Below the pieces are notes generated by a model. That model was not told where the DNA came from and searched no databases. It saw only the letters and a program-made list of their open reading frames with translations. A stretch of 64,000 nt of DNA from a virus. The position numbers were made by a program, and so were the translations under genes. Each line of letters begins with the position of its first letter. The stretch's first letter is position 1. This document shows positions 40,001 to 48,313 of this stretch, in pieces. The DNA lies in the IMG/VR virus record IMGVR_UViG_3300021364_003460, positions 64,001-128,000 of that record. One strand, 5' to 3'.

Positions 40001-42484
40001 TTGACTTACTAAAGATGCTCCTGTGGTAGCTTTCATAACATCCTCTAGTATCATAGATGCTCCTAGAATTCCAATAGCATAAACTCCCAGATTGCTTCTA
40101 TTGTTAAGGAATCTATTACTAGTAATAAGTCTATTAGAATTCCTTAAGTGAGCTTGAGGTAAGTTCTGTTGGTCATAAAACCTAGCAGCATCTTCAATCA
40201 TTGCATCTCTAGTAACACCTAGCTTGTTATTACTTTCTAAAGTGACTTCATAATCAAGCAGACCTCTAATAAATTTCTCTACATCTTCTACATTCTCACT
40301 AGCTAACAATCTATTTTGATTCTTACTATCCCAGTGAAGTGATTTGTTTAGTAATTGTTCTTCTAGTAATAACAGCTTCTTGTGTTCTTTAAGAATACCT
40401 CCTACTCCATCTAGATTAAGTATTCTTTGTATACCTGCACCTACTATATTGACTGCTTTACCTAACAAAGTCTTAGGTACTGCAAAACTAGATAACCCTT
40501 TAGCTTTGATTCTACCTAATGCAGAAGTTTCATCAATATAAGTACCCTTGTTAACTATAGTTAAGAATTCACCACCGTAATAAAGTCTTTCTAGAGTATG
40601 AAATAACCCAGTAAAGTTAAAGACTTCAGCAGCAGATAAGAAATCTTTAGCTATTATCTTTCCTCCTGGATCTAGAGTTAGAGTTACACTATCATAGTTT
40701 TTACCCATTCTTCCCCATTTTAAAGGATTGACAGGAAGATAACTACCTAGTTCCTCTAAAGCTTCAGCTACTTTCTTAGCTTTCTCAAAACCATCATTTT
40801 GTAATATAAACTTAGCTGTATTTGGGTCTTTACTGTCAAACTCCCCAAAGATATTAGCAGTAGTAGTATTTCTGTAATTAGTTAAAGCATTTTGGAGAAA
40901 CCTATATTGACTGCTATCTGGTTTATAAGGATTAATTACATCTTCTATAAAAGGTCTGATAGTGTAGTCAAAGTTAATAGCAGCTTTAGTATTCTGTAAT
41001 AAGTTAACTCCACTAATAAAAGAGTTAAATCCTGGTCTGAAAACTTTTTCTTTTAAATTATCTTGTTCAGCCCATAAGAAGTTTCTTAGCTGAGTTGGAT
41101 CTTTTGAAGCGTGTTCCCAACCTAGAGTTAACCCTGTAGCTACCATTTGTGCAGCTCTAAAACCAGCTATTTTACTCTTACCTACAGTACCTTGTTGAAG
41201 TGCTATATCTATTAAACTTTGATAGGATGTCTTAAACATCTCAGCAGTAACAATACCAAAAGGTACACCTATCAGAAAGTAACCTAAAATTGCTTGAGTA
41301 GTTTGTACAACAAAGTTAGTAGCAAAGCTAAGTGTTGATTGAAAGAAACCTTCAGGAGGCTCAACATAAGTTCCTACAGGGTCTATTTCCTGCATTCTTC
41401 TAATATAGTCAGGAAGATTACCTCCATAGTAAACTAAAGAGTTATCTAATACTTTACCTAATGCACCTGCTAATGAAGCTAGTGGTCCAACTTCTTCTTT
41501 ATATATTCTCCCCCAACCATTAGCTATAGACCATTTGTTTACATAGTAAGATAATCCTGATGTAGCCATCTCTCTATCATAATTAGCTATGTACCAGGGA
41601 ACTGTATCTGTAGTATTACCAGCATTCTGAGCCATGTAAGTTAACTTGTAAGCTGCTGTAGCTGGACCTTCAGTGTCAGTAATATCAAAAGTAAACAGAC
41701 CTGCATTATCCCTTTGTGCAGCATATATAGCTCTCCTAAAGAAGTAAGCAGAACCATATTGAGAAGGTAGAGTGTAAGTTATTTCAGAGTTAGGATTAAA
41801 AAATGGAGTTAGCTGTTGGTTAGTAATACCATACTCTTTAGACATTTTTCTAAGAACTTGCCTATCTTTATACCTTGCTAGTTCAGGTCTTAGTCTATCT
41901 AAAGCTTTAGGAGGTAGAAAAGAAGACATCTTACCTCTTTCTATTAACCTAAAATCTGAAGGCATTAAAGCTTTTTTACTAAACAGACCTTCAGATTCAG
42001 GAGACTGTAATGCTCTTTCTACTCTTTGATAATACTCAGCTTCTACTTCTTCTGATATAGAACTATCTCTAAAAGAATCATATAAGTAAGCTGCACCTCT
42101 TCTGACTAACTCTTGGTTTACGCTAACTAGATTACCTTCTGAATCTTTTATAAAGACTTCTCCCATTACCCTGTCTTGAGAAACGTTTCCAGGAAGTCTA
42201 AGATAAACTTGATTGTTAGAAGGTATGATTTCTCTTAGTATTCTTTTACTTTCATCTCCATAATATTGACTTCTTTTATCAAGAGAGTGAGAAGTCTCAG
42301 GAGCATCTATACTTAGAAACCTTACTTTACTTCTACCTTGTAGAAATCTTTGATTAGTAGGAGAAACTCCAGTTATAGAAAAAGTATCTGCATCATAATC
42401 TCTACTAAAGTTTACTTCAGCAGGTATTAATCTACTTTTTCTATAATTTTCAAGACTACCAAAAGTTCTGTCAGAAGAATACAT
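34094..42484 (-). CDS. 2796-aa virion protein (tape-measure/ejection-like) with N-terminal thermonuclease (SNase) domain
   Basis: YDADT, KVRFLSIDAPE, SVNQELVRRGAAY in the first ~175 aa; roughly 15 hydrophobic Gly/Ala-rich segments; ends the structural operon. Confidence 0.7.
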   Translation of the reverse strand: MYSSDRTFGSLENYRKSRLIPAEVNFSRDYDADTFSITGVSPTNQRFLQGRSKVRFLSIDAPETSHSLDKRSQYYGDESKRILREIIPSNNQVYLRLPGNVSQDRVMGEVFIKDSEGNLVSVNQELVRRGAAYLYDSFRDSSISEEVEAEYYQRVERALQSPESEGLFSKKALMPSDFRLIERGKMSSFLPPKALDRLRPELARYKDRQVLRKMSKEYGITNQQLTPFFNPNSEITYTLPSQYGSAYFFRRAIYAAQRDNAGLFTFDITDTEGPATAAYKLTYMAQNAGNTTDTVPWYIANYDREMATSGLSYYVNKWSIANGWGRIYKEEVGPLASLAGALGKVLDNSLVYYGGNLPDYIRRMQEIDPVGTYVEPPEGFFQSTLSFATNFVVQTTQAILGYFLIGVPFGIVTAEMFKTSYQSLIDIALQQGTVGKSKIAGFRAAQMVATGLTLGWEHASKDPTQLRNFLWAEQDNLKEKVFRPGFNSFISGVNLLQNTKAAINFDYTIRPFIEDVINPYKPDSSQYRFLQNALTNYRNTTTANIFGEFDSKDPNTAKFILQNDGFEKAKKVAEALEELGSYLPVNPLKWGRMGKNYDSVTLTLDPGGKIIAKDFLSAAEVFNFTGLFHTLERLYYGGEFLTIVNKGTYIDETSALGRIKAKGLSSFAVPKTLLGKAVNIVGAGIQRILNLDGVGGILKEHKKLLLLEEQLLNKSLHWDSKNQNRLLASENVEDVEKFIRGLLDYEVTLESNNKLGVTRDAMIEDAARFYDQQNLPQAHLRNSNRLITSNRFLNNRSNLGVYAIGILGASMILEDVMKATTGASLVSQLIVAVTHRNDNFTPDFEPTRVFGWGGGYTSIAASLGYSAFSLAVGAGVGSIATLRSPNLDRYILGTNAPEALERIKADPNVSQLKKTILTKIIKGNKLLSARPKGNFLPMMVWTSTAMLAARTAAPWVVSNAMKVFQSIPWLGEAVLGKKGNALLNENIGVMGELTSLKKQLIDRLNSGNITPLEAAGLYQLGFITSSMPIVDPKIKDKVTRVIAHQSPTPYFQFFATEVTKGRQYDEMGNLVRGGTLEFKAGQQTAPILGTNISFLFPIMIDWDKPNHLGGKGALVHNNGKDNILSFLGAIGNMGSSLMVLTASMLTTISLMEGFLKLPFINLLNKDGILTSELKATSNIVKSVFKTSYGLFEDLVSFPVYSANLAVSHFNFQTKVIQELGLTVKNSANILKEGTTTLGKIGRSFGVSALLFAPLATTGAKFLGADDETQTKVYAGTTLLGTAAFGMYSNRLDGLDIPGKLNPIKTKLASVVENITIKPKMNLGYILTVGATFAYGWLLTDSTFGVSINMDKDTYLTTGADGRPLEDERSNWLKKSITMVGFAALSIPALEIADIGKSPAQILKEYTAGTNYINKVRAKNYLNPLDYLRSSYVTYKNWLQRDYVNKYLEKTLGYIGNVHKGSITAAQLSDSIKEEVVLNDAVNKINSIKLNAIDTIVSDTNLNKGLQALWSRADFINMKGGKSVAAARTKRFFTLSIIGLGLIPKAASYLMQGWGYVASEGGTGQKATDAFYNSLDGNTFGEGLANIFRLVTRQDKRNNGSPIDTTIFVDDKGMQISQKGFRLLNPNDPQQQKVTKALQDIMAPFVVSPQNPFQSILPGVGITLSSGDKGIRYRIYAQTQSALQDTSFAIYSMLPKYFFKLGMTPNSQYNFLVLEGMKKAIRDTRKSDNKTKLMASSLAVISATAQLSPLAKPRKYSTPYNDPTLELVSGDSILSHVLQLRIRRSNELAYQRPENILSRSTDPFDINSLTELSNVVDIRNPLAAFPHDPRNPHQKAALEAMDTKQVAKLLRAIFATNNRLHVTDLKVTKTEDKALEISPSVMDNPGEMLAYGGSLQLDTSNMKSEPWWGILWKGAESAWKMTEAFPTMIRFGAIGAVALTGVVMGAGFLGALAFSPMETRFEEATYRFRNMFATVGEEGAAKVYNFHAHKRITVDGNRMGVQIKGKGGRQFAVILPEGFDLTGKSEVQAVNEILQHVQISIGKAHEEVVNRVFRISGDMFYDVNSPNPNQPKWIGSDRFKYVTETLRPQITNMVDDYIDSVFEAFTSQQPGSNLSFGDLLTDTKLLEDMTIMRPIDETVKGKLKQEIYQAVDQFLAEEIHKSKELGEDILAKVQGARGEQLSKLLAHKIRSVVDTFASRLDNNLLYLESEDALGYGARVKNAILEMVKPFKFVQGHRNFFSRHNQLSTPRAATVNLPDGISKPSATLVDTLERMQIPKVRRTAMLAGGFENTLKGVAIFSSGMESLDIFTSFNRLAALESDPYATEGEINFAAESTGQVVFGSLFGTAVNITILNRLPKLFMKTLPSLGKSALQSAARKPGKAGFFAAVTLTTIAGLIAGGKAIGEAWNDVRNTNVVRSITGGVGRVYEGTTNFFGQTLLSFDRFVNSVPVLKELTSPGSIITFAGVGLGVLLLASVAGMALAPAALLGLAAGSTAALVHSIFPGISRWTNGLLTPFMDWVSNIPHIGGFFATNSQQPLAFTKFYDDKAPIYVATAQMAIAYDSSKYLEASGDWTGNRTKGLFANPTFYGNSYGELEPKARMFNKPTFSLVNSLIDREATIRSQYYNQVVVGAASWDKVIQSAENYKELKALTVQLRMGDPAIQQKLSSADASRQSELQALQKNTKDRLSNKQSNTQLKANLVALAKQSNNTVVKSSANLKTKVQVDASEVKNTFIDAQVNQVALQHNTQPVLVKSVKGEQVGNKVVITNKVAENNNLQLAVTRGMINSYNSKPGYS

Positions 42485-42485
42485 A

Positions 42486-43301
42486 TTACCTTATAAAAGA
42501 AGAGTTAGCATACAAACTATAGTTAGCATATCCATAGTTACTTAATATAGTCTTGTTCTCATAATCTACATAAACTATATCTTCTAGAGTTAGCGGCTTG
42601 ATATAGTTGACTTCATATTCACTACCTTCAACAGGCTTATCTCCATCTAACCACTCAACAGCTACAGTAGGCTCAGTTGAAGGAACAAACTCAGGGTCAA
42701 CTACCAAAGGTTCAAAGTAAGGTCTCCAGTAAAGTGAGTTATCAGTTATCTTCCAATTAGTAAACTCAACCCCATTCTGACTAATAGATTTAATATCAAT
42801 AATATCTAAATTACTAATTAAAGAATCAAAGTTGGTATTAGTTCTAGTTAGTTTAATAGTCTCTATTTTAGGATTAGGTTTATAGAGATAGTAGTCATTA
42901 TAAGAAAGTAAATAGAATTTATCTGAAGTGGGTACTCTCCAGTATTCTGTGTGTATTAACTTCTTCTGTATCTTTGATAGGTAAGGTACTTTGCCAGCTT
43001 CATAAGGACGCTGCCATTCATAATACTCAACTGTATAACAAGAACTAATACTATAACCTATAGAAGGAGGAAGCTGTAACCTTACTTTAAATTGCAAACT
43101 AGGATGAGTTGGTATGTTAAAACTTATCTCTCCTTTTCTAGGTAAATTACAGTTAGCTGGAAACTTAATTTTAACTTGATATTCTTTAGCAGATAGCTCA
43201 GGTTCAGTAAGTTGATTTACTTCTAGTTGAGAATCAATGTTTTCTATTGGAATGGTAAATAGATTAGTAGAATAATCTAAAAATAGAGAAGTTAAAAGCA
43301 T
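42486..43301 (-). CDS. putative structural protein
   Basis: 271-aa ORF in the - strand virion block. Confidence 0.55.
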   Translation of the reverse strand: MLLTSLFLDYSTNLFTIPIENIDSQLEVNQLTEPELSAKEYQVKIKFPANCNLPRKGEISFNIPTHPSLQFKVRLQLPPSIGYSISSCYTVEYYEWQRPYEAGKVPYLSKIQKKLIHTEYWRVPTSDKFYLLSYNDYYLYKPNPKIETIKLTRTNTNFDSLISNLDIIDIKSISQNGVEFTNWKITDNSLYWRPYFEPLVVDPEFVPSTEPTVAVEWLDGDKPVEGSEYEVNYIKPLTLEDIVYVDYENKTILSNYGYANYSLYANSSFIR

Positions 43302-43304
43302 ATA

Positions 43305-43351
43305 TTAAAATAACAAAACTTCCTAAACTATATGTAAAGAATAGGAAGTTT
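43305..43351 (-). terminator. intrinsic terminator-like hairpin
   Basis: AAACTTCCTA...TAGGAAGTTT followed by a U-rich tract on the - strand. Confidence 0.45.
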
Positions 43352-43374
43352 GTGTAGGATATCTAAAATATTAA

Positions 43375-44292
43375 TTAACCATAGGTTCTCATTAAAATGT
43401 AATCTCCACCTTCATCAGTTTCACTATTATTTCCTAATCTACCAACTACTTTACAGTAAATAATTCCCTGTCCAGCATAATAACCTGTAGCGTTAGCTAA
43501 GTTAAGTCTCACTGTATCTCCCAAATTAGGTGCTACTTCACTACCATCTAATTTCCATTTAAACACATTAGGTATAAAGCCATAAGGGTTATTAGTAATA
43601 GAGTCTCTTAAGTAAAACTCTACCTCTGAAGTAGTTGGAGTTCCGTCACTAAGTTTTATGTGGTCATAATTAGCATTAGCACCAAATCCATGAACAGTGT
43701 GTACTACTGAAGAATAAACATTACCCCTGGATCTATCAGCATTTCCATATGTATTAACTCTTAAGTAAAAAGAATATAAATTTTCAGGATAAGATAACAC
43801 ACTATTTTCCAAAACTCCTTGGCTTAAAAAATAATAGTCGTTATAATTAGGTGCTGTTCCTCCCACAGCCATAAACAAACTGATAGATTTAGAATTAGCT
43901 GTAGCCCATATAGGAACAGAAGAAGTAAGAGAAGTGGGATTAGTTGAAAAAGTCTGCCCATTACCTATTAAAGTTTTAGCATGGATACTTGCACCGCTTG
44001 TTGTGTAAAACAACATCATTCTAGTGTTAGCAGGAAGAGTTGGGTTAGTTCCAGGATTTTCTGTATTTGTTATAACCCCAGTTAAAGTTTCTTCAGGTAT
44101 ATTAGGTCTCCAAGCTATAGATATATTACTTGCAACATTACTATACCAAGAAGCTCTATCATCTGAACCTAAAGCAGTTCTGTGAAAGGTTTGCAACTCT
44201 TCATAAACTGTGCCAGTAAGAGAACCTAATTGCTGCCCAGCAATATAATTACCTAAATAGTAATTACCAAAAGCATCACTGTTTATAGTCAT
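43375..44292 (-). CDS. putative tail/structural protein
   Basis: 305-aa beta-rich, T/N/G/Y-rich ORF in the virion block. Confidence 0.55.
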   Translation of the reverse strand: MTINSDAFGNYYLGNYIAGQQLGSLTGTVYEELQTFHRTALGSDDRASWYSNVASNISIAWRPNIPEETLTGVITNTENPGTNPTLPANTRMMLFYTTSGASIHAKTLIGNGQTFSTNPTSLTSSVPIWATANSKSISLFMAVGGTAPNYNDYYFLSQGVLENSVLSYPENLYSFYLRVNTYGNADRSRGNVYSSVVHTVHGFGANANYDHIKLSDGTPTTSEVEFYLRDSITNNPYGFIPNVFKWKLDGSEVAPNLGDTVRLNLANATGYYAGQGIIYCKVVGRLGNNSETDEGGDYILMRTYG

Positions 44293-44543
44293 AGTATTGT
44301 ATTATCTTGGTTTTCAAATGTTAAGTTAATAAAGTTGTCTAACAAAGCAGCTTGATTTTCAAAAGTTAATTGAGTAAAGTTATTAGGTATTGATTCAGTA
44401 TCCTGGTTTTCAAACTGTAAAGTATTAAACTCTAAAGATAAAGGATCTAAGTTTTCAAAAGTTAAAGGTGCAAACAAAGAATATATATTTTGCTCTTCAA
44501 AGTTTAATATAACTTCACTATTTATATAAAGAAATTTAGGCAT
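44289..44543 (-). CDS. 84-aa protein with four L(T/Q)FEN(Q/L) repeats
   Basis: GGAGG RBS; LTFENL, LQFENQ, LTFENQ, LTFENQ. Confidence 0.6.
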   Translation of the reverse strand: MPKFLYINSEVILNFEEQNIYSLFAPLTFENLDPLSLEFNTLQFENQDTESIPNNFTQLTFENQAALLDNFINLTFENQDNTIL

Positions 44544-44590
44544 TAATCTATTACCTCCTTTAGTAAATGGAGGATTATATATAACAGTTA

Positions 44591-44932
44591 TTATGTAAAC
44601 CTAATATTAACAATAGTTTCACTAGCAGTATAAATTAATGGAGTAGTTGAAATTTCCCAAGTTATACCGTTGGAAAATAACTTTCCTTTACTACTAAAGT
44701 AATCTTAGTAATACTCCATTATTAGAGTATACTGACATACTAAGGATAGGTGTTCCTGTAGAATCAAACAACTGAAAGTATCTGACTGCATTATTAATTT
44801 CTACAATAGTAGCATTCACAGAAGGTCTAATATTTCTTCTAAAGAATTTACTATAAAAGTAGGATTTGCTGAGATAACTTGATTCTTTGAGTTTAAAAGT
44901 AATGGAAGTTTACCAGTAATTCTAGTAACCAT
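44591..44932 (-). pseudogene. 113-codon putative structural gene with two compensating frameshifts
   Basis: ATG 44932 MVTRITGKLP...; -1 frame ...NNAVRYFQLFDSTGTPILS...; back to frame 0 DYFSSKGKLFSNGITWEISTT...IRFT*; span 342 nt. Confidence 0.5.
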
Positions 44933-44999
44933 AAATATAAATTAAAAATATACTATTTAATATAATTAATACTTTTAGCTTTTACTACGCAGATTTGAT

Positions 45000-46805
45000 T
45001 TATCTTTGTACAGGATTACTTCTAACTTTACTTAATGCCCAACCTGTATTTTTAACTTTGTATATAGAACTAGGATTAGGGTTTTTATAGCTGGCTACTT
45101 TGTTAATAGAAGATACTAAACCAGATGAATTGGTAATCTTACCTGACTGCACCATAAAGATATAACAGTTGTAAACTGCATTACAGATAGCATCAGCTAA
45201 GTCTTTACTAAAATCTCTAGGATGGTCTATCTTTCCATTGGGTAATTGAATAATGTTTTGTAATTCAAGCTGTGCAGAAGCAGACCAGGTACTATCTTTA
45301 GGTAAAAATAATAATCCCTGATCCATTAATTGTTTAGTAATACTAAAATAAGTATTCTGCATTGAATTAGCAGTAGACATTTCAGCAGTAGAGATACCAG
45401 CTAAATGCAATCTTTGTATAGTAGACTGACTCTGAAATCCGTCAAAACTAAACTTATATATTTTTCTATGTCTGGCTATTTCTAAGAATATTTCTTCACA
45501 GTTAGTAAAACTTACTATTCTATTAATACCTCTATTTAAATCATCTGTATCTAAGTAAGGTTTCCAAAGGATAAGAGTATCTACAGAAATACCCCATTTA
45601 CCTTCTACTTCTATTGGAGAACATACAGCTAATGCTGCGCCATCTCTTTTGATCCCATAATCACAATGAGCAAAAGAAGGTAAATTAAAGTTAGTCTCTA
45701 TTCTATTAATTTTAATTCCTGTATAATATCTAGTTTCTCCTGCTTCATTAGATACATTTAAAGGTACTTGAGTAGTATCACATTTAGAGAATCCTTTAAA
45801 TGCTTTTAGTATATTATCTTGAATAAAGAAAGTACCTTGCTTAATAGTTCTAATGCCTTCATATTCTAAAGCAGCTTTAATAGGGTTTTTAATATAAGCA
45901 TCTGAAGACTTAAGTTTCTCTTCTGTTAACTGAGGATTTAAATTAACATCCCAAGTTCTTAATCTAAAACCCAATGTTTTAGGTTCTTTTTCAGATAACT
46001 CATACATTTTTTCTATGTAATCTCCTGGCTCCCAGGCAGAGGATATAGCTATTTTCATACCTTCATCCCCAAAAGCTGCTGCCCCGGCCCCCACATTTTC
46101 CCAGATTTCATCAGCTTTAGAGTTACCATATTCATCTCTTTCAAATCTAGCAGCTTCATCTATAACAAGTAATTTTAAGTTATAACCTACAAGAGATTTA
46201 CTAGAAGTATGTTTAGCATGAATATGTACATTTTTAGAATTACATCTTATTTCCTCAGTTAATATTTCTATAAATCCATCTGACTCTAGCTTTTTAAAAT
46301 AGTTAGAACCTTTAGCATACCCAGTAATAGCAGAAAATATAGTCTCTTTTACTTGATCTAAAGATTGTGCAATAACAAATATATGTAGTGGAGTTTGAGG
46401 TAAAAAACCATAGTCTACAGCAGGTTGATGTTTAGTTATTAATTTATAAAACTCATATAAAGTAATAAAACTTACACAGCTTGATTTTGTACCGCGTCTA
46501 CCTATCTCAACTACTAAGTTTTTATATTTTCTCCCATCAACCCAAGTGGTTCTAGATTTATCAGGAAAATCTTTCCAGGAGTAAAGTATTAGTAACTCAT
46601 CTTCTGTTAAAGGTTCATTATAAAAAGCTTTAAGTATAGCTTTTTGAGTAGGATAAAGTTTGCTCTCCCCATTAAATATAATCTGTTCAGCAAACTCAAT
46701 AATACTTAAAGTGCCATCTAAACTATTTAAAGATATTGAAAAAGCTTCTTCTAGTAAATTATCAAATAAATCTTCTGGGTTTACCTTCTCATTCTTTTTA
46801 GGCAT
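45000..46805 (-). CDS. terL: terminase large subunit
   Basis: Walker A GRRGTKS, Walker B LVIDEAA, nuclease HCDYG..RD, FDGFQS, DHP...SKDLADA. Confidence 0.9.
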   Translation of the reverse strand: MPKKNEKVNPEDLFDNLLEEAFSISLNSLDGTLSIIEFAEQIIFNGESKLYPTQKAILKAFYNEPLTEDELLILYSWKDFPDKSRTTWVDGRKYKNLVVEIGRRGTKSSCVSFITLYEFYKLITKHQPAVDYGFLPQTPLHIFVIAQSLDQVKETIFSAITGYAKGSNYFKKLESDGFIEILTEEIRCNSKNVHIHAKHTSSKSLVGYNLKLLVIDEAARFERDEYGNSKADEIWENVGAGAAAFGDEGMKIAISSAWEPGDYIEKMYELSEKEPKTLGFRLRTWDVNLNPQLTEEKLKSSDAYIKNPIKAALEYEGIRTIKQGTFFIQDNILKAFKGFSKCDTTQVPLNVSNEAGETRYYTGIKINRIETNFNLPSFAHCDYGIKRDGAALAVCSPIEVEGKWGISVDTLILWKPYLDTDDLNRGINRIVSFTNCEEIFLEIARHRKIYKFSFDGFQSQSTIQRLHLAGISTAEMSTANSMQNTYFSITKQLMDQGLLFLPKDSTWSASAQLELQNIIQLPNGKIDHPRDFSKDLADAICNAVYNCYIFMVQSGKITNSSGLVSSINKVASYKNPNPSSIYKVKNTGWALSKVRSNPVQR

Positions 46806-46886
46806 TAAAATACTACTATTATTAAAACAACAATAGTAGTGTGGTATTTAGTTGCACTAAGTAGGTAAGCAATCTAAATAGATAAA

Positions 46887-47828
46887 TCAGGGGACAGATA
46901 AATCTGCTTTAATATCTAAACCTTGGTAGTCATCAAAGTTAGGTAAACTAATACTGTCTAAATCAAAAGCCTGTCTTAGTAAACTCATATTAATATCTGC
47001 ATCTACAGCTATATAGTAAATTCCTGTAGCGGCTTCTATTAATTTATCTATTCCTGTACCTATTCTGTTATTTAAAGTTAATGGAGTTTCATTAGGAGAA
47101 GTTGACTGGGTAAAGACTAACCAACCTGAACTTCTAGGAGTAATAAGAAACTGATTGCTACTTTCTAAATCATAAGTAGTCTTTTGAGTAAGAGAAGAGT
47201 TAATAATAGACTGCCTACTCAAAACTACAGGTGAGCTAGTTGATAAGTAGTAAACATTAATAGGATAGTAAGGTAAGCCTGGTTTACTCATATCTCTACT
47301 ACCATTAATTAGTTTTAGAGATAGCTGGTTTAAAGTATTACCTTTAACTAATGTAGAAGATTTGTATTCTTGTAGTCTAATAGGTTTAGTAACTTGAGTT
47401 GGCAGCAATCCATTAACTAATATAATCTGCTTCCTACCTTGGTAAGTTTGATAGTCTAAGTAAAATAAGGAAGCTGGATTAAAATCTATATTTAGCAAGC
47501 CATCTAATATTGAGTTACCAAATATACCAAAGTGAGAAGACACTGAATATAATAAATCTCTATCAAAAGAGTAAACATTATAAGGTTCTTCAAAGATTAC
47601 TGCTTCTTGATCTATTACTTCATAATTATCATAAAGAGTAAACCTTTGATAGATAGGATCTATAATAACTAATTTACCTTTAAAGTTAAGTAACTCAACT
47701 AAGTATTGAGCAGCTTGTCTAGGATAAACAATAAATAAATTTTCTATAAAAGTATTAATAGTTCCAAATGCTCTTCTAAGTTGAGGGTACTTAAATTCTA
47801 ACTCTGCTATTATTTCTTCTAAAGTCAT
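46887..47828 (-). CDS. putative baseplate/tail protein
   Basis: 313-aa ORF in the virion block. Confidence 0.5.
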   Translation of the reverse strand: MTLEEIIAELEFKYPQLRRAFGTINTFIENLFIVYPRQAAQYLVELLNFKGKLVIIDPIYQRFTLYDNYEVIDQEAVIFEEPYNVYSFDRDLLYSVSSHFGIFGNSILDGLLNIDFNPASLFYLDYQTYQGRKQIILVNGLLPTQVTKPIRLQEYKSSTLVKGNTLNQLSLKLINGSRDMSKPGLPYYPINVYYLSTSSPVVLSRQSIINSSLTQKTTYDLESSNQFLITPRSSGWLVFTQSTSPNETPLTLNNRIGTGIDKLIEAATGIYYIAVDADINMSLLRQAFDLDSISLPNFDDYQGLDIKADLSVP

Positions 47829-48313
47829 ATAGCAATCTCTATATTAATAGTAGGACTGAAGACTACTGGATAGATTAAAGTTTGGGGTGCTGCTACTAAA
47901 GGTTCTACTTTGTAAACTGTACCTGTAGTATCTCCTCTATTGTTACCATTAATAATAGGATCAGCTCCTACTAAGTTAGCTCCTCTAGCCCAGACTACAT
48001 GAGTTACCGGACCAATAGGATTACTTTCAGTAGGAGTAAATGTAGCAGTCACGCTAACAGAAAACTTACCATCATTGTCTTCTATTATATCAGCAGGATC
48101 TATAGTAGCTATATATCTAGAATAACTAGCATCTGTCACTTCTTGAGCAGCAGCACTAGCCATAGTTAAGTTTTCTCTATTTAGTAACTCATCATTAGTT
48201 GGGGTATCTGTGTTACCTAAAGAAGGCATATTAATTAAGAAAGCTACAAGGTTATATCCTATAGTATCTGTAATAAAAAACTCTCTTATTTCTTTAGTTA
48301 TAGTTGCTGTCAT
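47825..48313 (-). CDS. putative tail protein
   Basis: 162-aa ORF; YSRY...TATF...GPVTHV pattern common in tail/collar proteins. Confidence 0.5.
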   Translation of the reverse strand: MTATITKEIREFFITDTIGYNLVAFLINMPSLGNTDTPTNDELLNRENLTMASAAAQEVTDASYSRYIATIDPADIIEDNDGKFSVSVTATFTPTESNPIGPVTHVVWARGANLVGADPIINGNNRGDTTGTVYKVEPLVAAPQTLIYPVVFSPTINIEIAI

